From an uncultured archaeon (GTDB taxonomy: Archaea > Nanohalarchaeota > Nanosalinia > Nanosalinales > Nanosalinaceae), in NCBI GenBank assembly GCA_964629245.1, contig CAZVPZ010000001.1, forward strand, positions 1-59,809: a stretch of 59,809 nucleotides of DNA, in the 5' to 3' direction. Shown here one piece after another: positions 10,218-18,796 of the stretch. Below the pieces are notes generated by a model, which was given only the letters and a program-made list of their open reading frames with translations, was not told the origin of the DNA and ran no database searches. The position numbers and the translations under genes are program-made. Every line of letters begins with the position of its first letter. Position 1 is the stretch's first letter.

Positions 10218-10733
10218 ATGGATAGAGGCACCGTTCTAAAACTTATCCTTGTCCTGTCGGTAATCGGGCTCGGGGTGGCTGGCTACCAGACCTACGAGCA
10301 CTACTACCTTGAGTCCGCGATTTGCGACCTGAGCAGCACTTTTTCCTGCTCCGCGGTCACCGGTTCGGAGTACGGGGAGTTTCCGCCCGGTTCCGGCGTG
10401 GCGACAGCCGCACTTGGAATGATCTGGTGGCTTGGAGTCATCTTCCTGACCAACGATCTGCGTAGGGGTGAAAACCGTTTTGAAGACGAGGAGTTCTATC
10501 TCTTCGGATGGCTGGCCTTCGGAATACTGTTCATGCTCTACCTTCTGGCGGTCGAGCTATACCTACTGCCACAACAGACCGGGGAGCTCATAATATGTCC
10601 GTTCTGCACTATTCAGCACTTCCTCATGACGCTGATATTCCTTATGTCTTTCAGCCTGCTGGAGAAACCGGTCGGGAGCTACCTTGGGAATGTTTTCTAC
10701 ACGGAGGTGGATGAAAGTGGCGAAGAAGCTTGA
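10218..10733 (+). CDS. Vitamin K epoxide reductase (VKOR) family protein
   Basis: Loop Cys pair C-x7-C followed by a Ser-rich segment (CDLSSTFSCSAVTGSEYG), plus an in-membrane CxxC (ICPFCTIQH). Four TM helices. Confidence 0.85.
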   Translation: MDRGTVLKLILVLSVIGLGVAGYQTYEHYYLESAICDLSSTFSCSAVTGSEYGEFPPGSGVATAALGMIWWLGVIFLTNDLRRGENRFEDEEFYLFGWLAFGILFMLYLLAVELYLLPQQTGELIICPFCTIQHFLMTLIFLMSFSLLEKPVGSYLGNVFYTEVDESGEEA

Positions 10734-11238
10734 TCCAAAACCGTTCTTCTTCCTCGGTATAGTGGCTGTTATAGCGGTAGGAGCGTGGTTCATACTCGGG
10801 ACAGGCGGTAGCAACCAGAACTACTACGATTTCGCTTCCTGTCTCGCGGATGAGGGGGCTACGATGTACGGTTTCGACGCGTGTCCGCACTGCAACAGGC
10901 AGAAAAGTATAATCGGACAGGATGCGTTTAAGAAAAACCTGACTGACAGGGGATATTATGTCGAATGCAGGCCGGAATCGGAGGCCGGTGAACAGCTTGG
11001 AGACCGGGCGGACAGGATTTCATCGGTTGAACCGTTGAGCCCGGAGGACACGCAGGGGGAGGCCTGTGAGGTAAATGTAGGACAGGGGACCCCCACATGG
11101 GTAATAAACGGTGAGAAATATGTCGGAGAGCAGAGCCTTGTCACCCTTTCCGAGGCAACCGGATGCGCCCTGCCGGCGGGATATCAGGAGTCTGGCGATG
11201 TAGGAGGATTCACTCCGGAGGAGAACAACAGTGGCTGA
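10711..11238 (+). CDS. Membrane-anchored thioredoxin-like protein (VKOR partner domain)
   Basis: TM anchor, CPHC and GTPTWVINGEKYVGEQSL. These match the Trx-like domain that is fused to VKOR in cyanobacteria. The ATG at 10711 overlaps the VKOR 3' end by 23 nt. Confidence 0.8.
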   Translation: MKVAKKLDPKPFFFLGIVAVIAVGAWFILGTGGSNQNYYDFASCLADEGATMYGFDACPHCNRQKSIIGQDAFKKNLTDRGYYVECRPESEAGEQLGDRADRISSVEPLSPEDTQGEACEVNVGQGTPTWVINGEKYVGEQSLVTLSEATGCALPAGYQESGDVGGFTPEENNSG

Positions 11239-12103
11239 GTTCGCATTCACACTGCCGATTCTGGGTACGCTGGCCTTCCAAGAGCTTGCGCTACCTGCCG
11301 TTGTTCTTGGAGCGGCTATCGACTCGGTCAACCCATGCGCCTTCGGCGTACTGATCTTCCTGATGACCTACCTGACGAAAGTATTTGACAGGAAGAGCAC
11401 CGTACTGATTGGAGGTCTCCTGTATACATCAGCGGTCTATATCACTTACTTCCTCGCAGGTCTGGGACTTCTCAGCGCGGTCCAGAACCCGGCGATATCC
11501 TACTGGTTCTACTGGGTCGCGACCTTCGTGGCGTTCTCGGCTGCGGCTTTCGAGATAAAGGATTTCTTCTGGTACGGCCGCGGCGTATCGATGGACATGT
11601 CGATTATCCCAGGTTCTGCGGACAGGATCAAGATGTGGACCCAGAAGATGCAGAAAATCTCGAAAGAGCGGCCCAGAACAGCTCTCGCGATGACTCTTCC
11701 CATAGGATTCGGGGCAGCAGCCTTCGAACTTCCGTGCACGGGCCAGGTCTACTTCGCTATACTCGGGCTCATCAACGCTTCCGGTGCAGGACCGGAGACA
11801 TGGGTCCCATGGCTACTACTTTACAACTTCATATTCGTCGCACCCCTGCTGGTCATAACTGCTCTGATGTACGTTGGGATGTCCTCCGACAGGCTCGAAA
11901 GATGGAGGAAGAAGAACCGCCGCTACATGAGGCTCCTGATGGGGCTGTTCCTATACACACTCGGGGCATTCCTGCTCTACTTCACCTTCAACCAGTTCCC
12001 TGTCAAGGTGGCCGCCACCAGCGGCAGGGTAGCGACCTTCCTGCTGTTCGCATCCCAGATAAGCATAGTCGGCTACGTACTCTACAAGGGATACGTGGAG
12101 TGA
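11231..12103 (+). CDS. CcdA/DsbD-family thiol-disulfide transporter (membrane)
   Basis: Two conserved membrane Cys motifs (DSVNPCAFGVL and ELPCTGQVY). GTG start with an 8-nt overlap with the upstream gene. Confidence 0.8.
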   Translation: MAEFAFTLPILGTLAFQELALPAVVLGAAIDSVNPCAFGVLIFLMTYLTKVFDRKSTVLIGGLLYTSAVYITYFLAGLGLLSAVQNPAISYWFYWVATFVAFSAAAFEIKDFFWYGRGVSMDMSIIPGSADRIKMWTQKMQKISKERPRTALAMTLPIGFGAAAFELPCTGQVYFAILGLINASGAGPETWVPWLLLYNFIFVAPLLVITALMYVGMSSDRLERWRKKNRRYMRLLMGLFLYTLGAFLLYFTFNQFPVKVAATSGRVATFLLFASQISIVGYVLYKGYVE

Positions 12104-12140
12104 AGGAATGATTGAAAAGCGTTCGAGAGTATCCTGACTT

Positions 12141-12566
12141 ATGTACGAGAAGATCCTCATACCGACCGATGGCAGCAAGGGAGCGGAGGTAGCGGTCGAA
12201 CACGCCCTTGAAATCGCTGACAGGTTCGATGCGGAAGTCCACACCCTTTACGTGGTAGATGTCCGTGTCAACCGGGTCTCGGACATATTCTCCGATATGC
12301 TGGGAGAGTTCGAGGAAGTGGGTGAAAACGCTACAGCTGCCATCGAGGAGAGGATAGAAGAAGCCGACCTCGACGCGGTAACCGAAGTAGTCAGGGGTAT
12401 CCCCTCGCGTTCCATCAGGGAGTACGCTGAGGAGAACAGTATCGACCTGATCGTCATGGGAACCCACGGCAACACCGGCCTCGACCGGTTGCTCCTCGGA
12501 AGCACCACGGAGAAGGTGCTCAGGACTTCTGAGGTGCCGGTGATGACTGTAAGACGTGAGGAGTGA
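12141..12566 (+). CDS. Universal stress protein (UspA family)
   Basis: 141 aa with ILIPTDGS...LIVMGTHG..G..R.LLGSTTEKV. Confidence 0.9.
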   Translation: MYEKILIPTDGSKGAEVAVEHALEIADRFDAEVHTLYVVDVRVNRVSDIFSDMLGEFEEVGENATAAIEERIEEADLDAVTEVVRGIPSRSIREYAEENSIDLIVMGTHGNTGLDRLLLGSTTEKVLRTSEVPVMTVRREE

Positions 12567-12681
12567 GATGGCCGGGGTTATCCCGGGTTCATTACTTTCG
12601 ATACTAGCGGCTATGATTTTCGGATAAGGGTTGGAAATTTTTACCAAAGCAAAATTAAAGAAGTCCTTTCAGAGGGGTAGT

Positions 12682-13776
12682 ATGAAACCGGGTTCCGGGA
12701 CCAGTACGATACTCCTTGTCCTGGTACTGGCCTCGGTTTTCATCCCTGCCGCATCCGCACAGGGGGGACAGGAAGAGAAGTGCCTCGCATTCTTCTATTC
12801 CCCATCCTGTCCCCATTGCGATGCGGTCGAACGCTACCTTGACGACGCACGCCAGGACCACGATATCAAGGTCGAGAAGTACGCCGCATCCGAGGAGCCG
12901 GAGAAGTTCGCGAGGTATCTGGAGGAGTTCGAGGTCCCCCCGAACAGGAGAGGTGCGGTCCCCGCGGTGTTTATCGATGGTGAGTACGCTGTCGGCTCTG
13001 AGAACTCCATAGGCCTGCTGGAACGGAAGTTCAACCAGGAAGGTACGATAGAATGCCCTTTAACCGATGAAAAAAGCAGTCCTGCGACGGTCGCAGGTAT
13101 CACGGGACTGGCCCTTGTGGACGCCGTCAACCCGTGTGCCCTTGTAGTACTCCTTATACTCCTCACCTCTATCCTCAGCCGCCGCCCTGAGAGGAAGACG
13201 GAGGCCCTGAAGGCCGGGATGGGGTTTTCAGCCGCTATATTTGGGGCCTACTTCGCGATGGGTGTTCTGATAGTACTCGGCTTCAAGTCGGTAGTCTCTG
13301 TCACCCAGATAGATATACAGGGTCTGTACCAGTTGATGGGTGCTTTCGCTGTGGTGGTCGGCCTTCTCAACATGAAGGACTGGATAAGCCACGGCTGGGG
13401 CGGCTTCGCGATGGAGGTACCGTTCTCTTGGAGGCCGAAGATGAAGAAGATTATAAAATCCGCTACATCGGCCAGGGGAGCCCTGGTCGCTGGGGTGATA
13501 GTAAGCCTGTTCCTGTTGCCATGTACGTCGGGTCCATACTTCGTCGCTGGTGGTCTCCTTTCAGGTTACAGCTGGGCCGCTGCGCTTCCCTGGCTCCTGC
13601 TCTACAATGCGGTCTTCATCGCACCGATGGTTGCGATTACGCTGGCGGTCTACGGGGGATTCGCCTCGGTGGAGAACGTGTCAGACTGGCGCGAAGAAAA
13701 CATAGAGAGGCTTCACCTGTTCGCAGGTATTATACTCGTAGCACTTGGCCTCGCGCTCTTGCTCGGGCTGGTATAG
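12682..13776 (+). CDS. Secreted Trx-like domain fused to a CcdA/DsbD-like membrane domain
   Basis: Signal peptide, FYSPSCPHC, then VDAVNPCALVVL and LLPCTSGPYF. The ATG at 12682 follows a GAGGGG and is preferred over the track TTG at 12631. Confidence 0.8.
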   Translation: MKPGSGTSTILLVLVLASVFIPAASAQGGQEEKCLAFFYSPSCPHCDAVERYLDDARQDHDIKVEKYAASEEPEKFARYLEEFEVPPNRRGAVPAVFIDGEYAVGSENSIGLLERKFNQEGTIECPLTDEKSSPATVAGITGLALVDAVNPCALVVLLILLTSILSRRPERKTEALKAGMGFSAAIFGAYFAMGVLIVLGFKSVVSVTQIDIQGLYQLMGAFAVVVGLLNMKDWISHGWGGFAMEVPFSWRPKMKKIIKSATSARGALVAGVIVSLFLLPCTSGPYFVAGGLLSGYSWAAALPWLLLYNAVFIAPMVAITLAVYGGFASVENVSDWREENIERLHLFAGIILVALGLALLLGLV

Positions 13777-13874
13777 GAAACGCCTGCGCCCGGATTGTGA
13801 ACGGAACTGATGTCAGTTCCATCAACAGGCCGGGTTCAAAGAACCCGGCATTGCGCAGTATTAGCGTAACAATA

Positions 13875-14031
13875 CGCCGGCGCCCGGATTTGAACCGGGG
13901 AGGGCCGTCACAGCCCAGCAGATATCTCGTTGTTCCAGGGCGTTTCATCATCGTGGCGTTCAGCCACTCGTGCACATCTGCTTGGCAACAGCTCGAATCT
14001 GCCGCGTTCAGCCAGACTCCGCCACGCCGGC
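13875..14031 (-). tRNA. tRNA-Ser(CGA) with a 68-nt intron at 37/38
   Basis: Hand fold: acceptor GCCGGCG/CGCCGGC, anticodon stem GCAGA/UCUGC, loop UUCGAG[intron]A. Long variable arm GGGCU..GGCCC, T arm CCCGG-UUCAAAU-CCGGG, discriminator G. Confidence 0.85.
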
Positions 14032-14094
14032 TTGGTGTATGAAAAGGGATGTGCCTGAAGTTTTTATTTAGTTGTATGCACGAAACTAACTCGT

Positions 14095-14772
14095 ATGGAA
14101 TACGGTTCGGTCATCTTCGACATGGACGGCGTCGTCCTTAAGTTCGACGGCGGTAACGACTTCAAGTGGAAATACGACGCGGTCAGGGACGCGCTCAGGC
14201 AGCTGGAGGTGGACCCAGGAGAGATGTCGCGGCTTGATCTTGACGCCTTTATGGGGGATCAGGGAGTCGAGAAATGTGTCGAGGCCTGTGAAAAGCAGGG
14301 TATCGATCCCGCCGAGACATGGGAGATGATAGCTGAGAAAACCACGAGGGCGCGGGTGCAGATGATGAAAAATGGTACTTTCCAGTTATACCCGGATGCG
14401 GGGAACGCGATAGAGGTCCTCCGGGAGGACGAGGTAGAACTGGGCCTTATCAGTAACGCGCCGGAGATGGCTGTAGAGGCGACAGTTAATTTCTACGAAC
14501 TGAAGTGCCACCTTGAATTTTTCCGCGGTATAACCAGCTTCAGAGATCTTTTCTCGAGGAAGCCGCATCCCGACCACCTCGAGTTCGCGAAGGCCGAGCT
14601 GAGGAGAACTCCCTTTCTCTACGTTGGTGACGTAGAATCCGACATCATCGCCGCCAGAGACGCCGGTATCGATTCTGTCTGGGTGAAGAGGAATGGCGGC
14701 GCGATGGACGTGAAACCTGATTACGAGATTGAAAGCCTGGACCGTCTAGTGGGGATAGTTGAGGAAGGATGA
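14095..14772 (+). CDS. HAD-superfamily hydrolase
   Basis: Motif I VIFDMDGVV and motif IV GDVESDI. Confidence 0.85.
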   Translation: MEYGSVIFDMDGVVLKFDGGNDFKWKYDAVRDALRQLEVDPGEMSRLDLDAFMGDQGVEKCVEACEKQGIDPAETWEMIAEKTTRARVQMMKNGTFQLYPDAGNAIEVLREDEVELGLISNAPEMAVEATVNFYELKCHLEFFRGITSFRDLFSRKPHPDHLEFAKAELRRTPFLYVGDVESDIIAARDAGIDSVWVKRNGGAMDVKPDYEIESLDRLVGIVEEG

Positions 14773-15425
14773 GATACGACGCCGTCATATTCGACAAGGA
14801 CGGCGTACTCTTGGACTCTCTTTCAGGAGGATACAAGTACGCCAACCGGATACGTGTTGAGGAACTCCGGAAGCGGGGAATCGAGACTGATGAAGAGGAG
14901 GCAAGGACTATCGTTCGGGCAAGCCACCGCAGAGAGCTTGAAAGGTTCATGGATGAAAAAGGCCTGTCATGGAAGGAAGTTGAAGAAATCGAGAAGAGGA
15001 TAGCCGCCATAAAGAACAGGAAGATAGAGGAAGGAGAGATACGGCTTTTTCCTGGTATCGAGAACCTGCTGGAGAGCATCGATGCTTCCAAGTCCGTGGT
15101 CAGTAATGCTCCCTGGAGGAACACCTGTTTCACCATGTTCTACTTCGGGATAGGCAGGTATTTCGAGAGGGTGGAATCGCCGTCCCTGGACGACCTGAAG
15201 ACCTACCTCAGGCTGAAAAAGCCGAACCCCGTTATGGTGGCGCGTGTCATAGAGTCTATGGAGGTAGAAAACCCTCTGATGGTGGGTGACAGCCAGGACG
15301 ATATAGAAGTGGCGCACAACACAGGGATTGATTCATGCCTTGTCCACAGGCGAAACGATTTTGAGGCAGAGCCGACGTACGAGATAGAGAGTATCGAAGA
15401 TCTGCCGCGGATACTTGACTCCTGA
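14769..15425 (+). CDS. HAD-superfamily hydrolase (tandem paralog)
   Basis: VIFDKDGVLLDS and VGDSQDDI. ATGA overlap with the upstream HAD gene. Confidence 0.85.
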   Translation: MRYDAVIFDKDGVLLDSLSGGYKYANRIRVEELRKRGIETDEEEARTIVRASHRRELERFMDEKGLSWKEVEEIEKRIAAIKNRKIEEGEIRLFPGIENLLESIDASKSVVSNAPWRNTCFTMFYFGIGRYFERVESPSLDDLKTYLRLKKPNPVMVARVIESMEVENPLMVGDSQDDIEVAHNTGIDSCLVHRRNDFEAEPTYEIESIEDLPRILDS

Positions 15426-15455
15426 CTTAAAAATCTGCAGCTCCAACCCGCTAAC

Positions 15456-16430
15456 ATGTCCCACGACGAGGAATGCTCGAAATGCGGCGATGAAGCCGTT
15501 ATCTTCCGCGAATACGAGGGCCGGGGGCTCTGCGAGAAACACTTTTCTATAGCCATAAATAAACAGGTAAAGCGCACCATAAGGAAGGGCGAGCTGGTCG
15601 AATCAGGTGATACTGTGGCCTTAGGGCTCTCAGGTGGGAAGGATTCGGCTGTCCTGCTTGACCAGCTGGTTGAGATATTCGGCGAGAGACCTGACATCGA
15701 TATAGTGGCGGTAGCGGTTCACGAGGGGATAGACGAGTACCGCGAGAAGTCGATCGGCGCGGCGGAGGAACTCTGCGACGAGCTCGGGGTAGAACTACAG
15801 GTAGGTAGATACGACGACTACTACGACCTCAAGATGGACGATGTCGCGGGCGCGGGAGCGCGCGGCAACTGCACCTACTGCGGCATCATGAGACGCGATC
15901 TCCTGAACCGTCTCGCCAGGCAGGTCGAAGCGGACAAGATAGCTATCGGCCACAATCTGGATGACGAGGCCCAGGCCATAATGATGAACTACATCAAGGG
16001 CGACAGCAAGCGCCTTGCAAGGATAGGCTCCCGGACTGACGCGGTATCCCACGACAAGTTCGTGCCCCGCATCAAGCCCCTGATCGACTGCATGGAGAAG
16101 GAGATAGCACTCTATTCACGCATCCACGACCTCGGGGTCATAGACCGCTGTCCACACGTCCGGGAGTCGACGTTGCGTCCCATGGTGAAGAGCTTCCTGA
16201 ACAGGCTGGAGTCGGAGATGCCGGGCACAAAGCACTCAATCGTTTCCCAGGGAAGGAGGATATCCAAGCTCGTGGAACAGGATGTGGAATGGCAGGACAA
16301 CCAGCTGAGAGAGTGCGAGGAATGCGGTGAGCCCTGTTCGAGCGATGTGTGCAGGAAGTGCCAGCTGCTTGCGGATATCAAGCAGGCGGCTGAAACAAGT
16401 GAGGAGCATGACTACAGGGTGGAAAGCTAG
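15456..16430 (+). CDS. PP-loop tRNA 2-thiolation enzyme (NcsA/Ctu1/TtuA family)
   Basis: SGGKDS PP-loop, N- and C-terminal Zn fingers (CSKCG..CEKH; CEECGEPC..CRKC) and CTYCG cluster ligands. Confidence 0.85.
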   Translation: MSHDEECSKCGDEAVIFREYEGRGLCEKHFSIAINKQVKRTIRKGELVESGDTVALGLSGGKDSAVLLDQLVEIFGERPDIDIVAVAVHEGIDEYREKSIGAAEELCDELGVELQVGRYDDYYDLKMDDVAGAGARGNCTYCGIMRRDLLNRLARQVEADKIAIGHNLDDEAQAIMMNYIKGDSKRLARIGSRTDAVSHDKFVPRIKPLIDCMEKEIALYSRIHDLGVIDRCPHVRESTLRPMVKSFLNRLESEMPGTKHSIVSQGRRISKLVEQDVEWQDNQLRECEECGEPCSSDVCRKCQLLADIKQAAETSEEHDYRVES

Positions 16431-16432
16431 GG

Positions 16433-16864
16433 TTATCTCGTGACTTCGACAGTTACCTCTTTTTCGTCAAGCGGATTCTTCTTCGTGGCCTGACTGGAGT
16501 TGAAAACTCTCAGCTTCAGGGCCTTGGAGCCGGAGTCAAGGCTTCCGAGGGCATCGGGACGGCCTGTAACTATGACGGTCTTTTTCCTTGTCAGCCCGCC
16601 GCTGGGTGCGTCACCCATGAAGTAGACGTACTGGGCCCGGTTGGCAAGTGAATCGTTCACCCGTGCTATATCTATCTCGGTGATGGCTACCGTGAAAGAA
16701 CCCGGCCGGTCGTAGTTGTTCCGGACCTGGAAAGTGAGTTCCGCGGAGCTGTTGCCTTCAAGGGATATCTTGTCTGTCGACATGACTATCTCGGGCGAAC
16801 TGTCGACGCATCCGGATGCGGCAACTACAACGGCGAGGGCCAGTATAGCTTTGGAGCGCTCCAT
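16433..16864 (-). CDS. Putative lipoprotein, function unknown
   Basis: Signal peptide with a lipobox-like AASGC; beta-rich. Confidence 0.65.
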   Translation of the reverse strand: MERSKAILALAVVVAASGCVDSSPEIVMSTDKISLEGNSSAELTFQVRNNYDRPGSFTVAITEIDIARVNDSLANRAQYVYFMGDAPSGGLTRKKTVIVTGRPDALGSLDSGSKALKLRVFNSSQATKKNPLDEKEVTVEVTR

Positions 16865-16962
16865 AAACAGTAATGGGGTGAATCTATTGTTAAATGGTTC
16901 TCAAATCTTGCGGCCACACCAAATTTAAGCCCTTGGATGATACCTAGTAATAACTGGTAGAT

Positions 16963-17925
16963 ATGAAAGCTATAATACTCGCAGGGGGTCACGCGACCCG
17001 GCTCTGGCCGATAACGAAGGACCGGGCTAAACCGCTCCTCCCTCTGGCGGACAGGCCGATAATAGACTACATGATGGAGGAACTCGACGGCGGGGTCGAC
17101 GATATCATAGTCTCGACTAACGAGAAATTCGCGGATGACTTCGAGGACTACGTCGACTTCTTCGACAGGGATGCGCAGGTGGTAGTCGAGAACCAGGACA
17201 GTGAGGAGGAGAAACCCGGGACGATAGGAGCTATAATCAACCTTATAGAGAAGGAGGATATAGACGACGATCTGCTCGTCGTTGGAGGAGACAACTACTT
17301 CGGCTTCAGCTTCCACGACCTGCTTGATTTCTGCCGTGAAAGGGATGGACCGGTCAATGTGGTCTACGACGTCAAGGACTACGAGATGGCTTCCAGCTTC
17401 GGCATAGTCGATGTCGAAGAGGACTGTATCACAGGATTTGAGGAGAAGCCGGATGAACCGCCTTCGACGCTCGCATCCACTGCCTGCTATTACTTCCCGC
17501 AGGAACATGTCTCGCTCTTCCACGAGTACGAGGAGCATTTCCGCGACAGCGACATACCCGCGGACCGGTACCTCGACGAGCCCGGCCGTCTGATCGAATG
17601 GGCGCACGAACAGGTGGAGATGTACGCCTTCCGCTTCAGCGGTGACTGGTTCGACATAGGGACGCAGGAAGGTTACCTTCAGGCGCAGCGGGCGGTCATG
17701 GAGGAAAACATCATACACGGCACCACGGAGAACTGCGACATAGGCGAGAACGTCATGGTGATGAAGGACGCCGAACTGGAGGAGGTCAAGATAGAGAACA
17801 GCATAGTTTTCCCTGGAGCGAAGGTGAGGGATTCCGAGGTAAGAGATTCGCTGATCGACAAGAACTCGGATATAGAAGGGGCGGATCTCAGCGGCGCTAT
17901 TATCGGCGCCCACACCACTCTTTAA
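16963..17925 (+). CDS. Sugar-1-phosphate nucleotidyltransferase
   Basis: MKAIILAGGHATRLWPITKDRAKPLLP signature, with a C-terminal LbH-like tail. Confidence 0.9.
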   Translation: MKAIILAGGHATRLWPITKDRAKPLLPLADRPIIDYMMEELDGGVDDIIVSTNEKFADDFEDYVDFFDRDAQVVVENQDSEEEKPGTIGAIINLIEKEDIDDDLLVVGGDNYFGFSFHDLLDFCRERDGPVNVVYDVKDYEMASSFGIVDVEEDCITGFEEKPDEPPSTLASTACYYFPQEHVSLFHEYEEHFRDSDIPADRYLDEPGRLIEWAHEQVEMYAFRFSGDWFDIGTQEGYLQAQRAVMEENIIHGTTENCDIGENVMVMKDAELEEVKIENSIVFPGAKVRDSEVRDSLIDKNSDIEGADLSGAIIGAHTTL

Positions 17926-17931
17926 TCCCTA

Positions 17932-18795
17932 TCAGGGTGCACCGAACCGCGATTCTGTTCCAGGCATCCCGTTAGTGCCCGTACCCATCGATGCGGCCGA
18001 GGGGAATTCTTGAGGCGGTGTCGCGGCAGAGTTGTCTGATTCTCCGTAGTTAACATCCCTGTAGTCGTCGAAGTAGAAGCCCCCGTCGGGGTCGAGGTCC
18101 TCGTAAAGGTTCTCCAGTTCTCCAAGGCCGTACCGTTCATCCAGAGCCTCGAGGTATTCTTCAACTTCATCACCTATCACCAGTAGCTCGTACTCTGTGC
18201 TGCCTAGCTCTACCTGATGGTAGAGGAAATCCTCGCCGATTTCCAGGCGACCTTCAAGCCCGTAGATGTCGCTCTCCTGTCCCAGGATTGTCTCGTAGGC
18301 TTCCACGTCAAACTCCTCGTCAAGGTCCAGACCTTCGCGCTCCAGCGCTTTCTCGAATTCTCTTGTCTCGTAGGGGTAGAAGTACCTCCCGGCTATCTCA
18401 CCGTTATCTACTATCTTGTTTGCAAGGGCCTGTGTCATACCTTCGACCTCTCTCCTGTCGCCCCGGGTCATCACCTCGTCGAGCCTCTGACTGAGCTCGT
18501 CCGAGATGCCGTACTGTCCCTGGAGCTTCTTGCCGAAGTCGCCGTTGAACTGCTGGCTGTGCAGCACTTCGTGTACGAGAGCGTTCTCAAGGGTCCGGTC
18601 GGCGTACCGTCCGAGATAGCGGTCGACCACGAGATGGGTATCGCCTGTTCCCGAACCGTGTATATCCTGCTGGGTCATCGCCGCAGTCTCATCCGGCAGG
18701 CCCTGTACGTGGACGTAGTCGAACTCGTGTTCCAGGCCGTACTTCTTCTCTATATCTTCAAGTACGTCCCAGACCACGTTTTCCCTGTTGACCAT
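17932..18795 (-). CDS. Acidic hypothetical protein with an HExxH motif
   Basis: 287 aa containing LVHEVLHSQQF. It starts 2 nt after the htpX stop, so it is probably co-transcribed. Confidence 0.6.
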   Translation of the reverse strand: MVNRENVVWDVLEDIEKKYGLEHEFDYVHVQGLPDETAAMTQQDIHGSGTGDTHLVVDRYLGRYADRTLENALVHEVLHSQQFNGDFGKKLQGQYGISDELSQRLDEVMTRGDRREVEGMTQALANKIVDNGEIAGRYFYPYETREFEKALEREGLDLDEEFDVEAYETILGQESDIYGLEGRLEIGEDFLYHQVELGSTEYELLVIGDEVEEYLEALDERYGLGELENLYEDLDPDGGFYFDDYRDVNYGESDNSAATPPQEFPSAASMGTGTNGMPGTESRFGAP

Positions 18796-18796
18796 T

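Noticed and set aside
12003-12647. 214-aa minus ORF
   Set aside because: It is antisense to the UspA gene and the CcdA 3' end, with no motif and a basic, atypical composition.
13428-14042. 204-aa plus ORF and 81-aa minus ORF (13730-13975)
   Set aside because: They run through the 3' end of the Trx::CcdA gene in another frame and straight across the tRNA-Ser gene and its intron. Their composition is Arg/Gly-rich and atypical.
16825-17913. 362-aa minus-strand ORF, one of the longest in the track
   Set aside because: It is exactly antisense to the nucleotidyltransferase gene, which has a strong GGxGTRLxPxT signature. Its product is low-complexity (V/L/R-rich), non-acidic unlike the rest of the proteome, and has no motif. 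It is a shadow ORF of GC-rich coding DNA.
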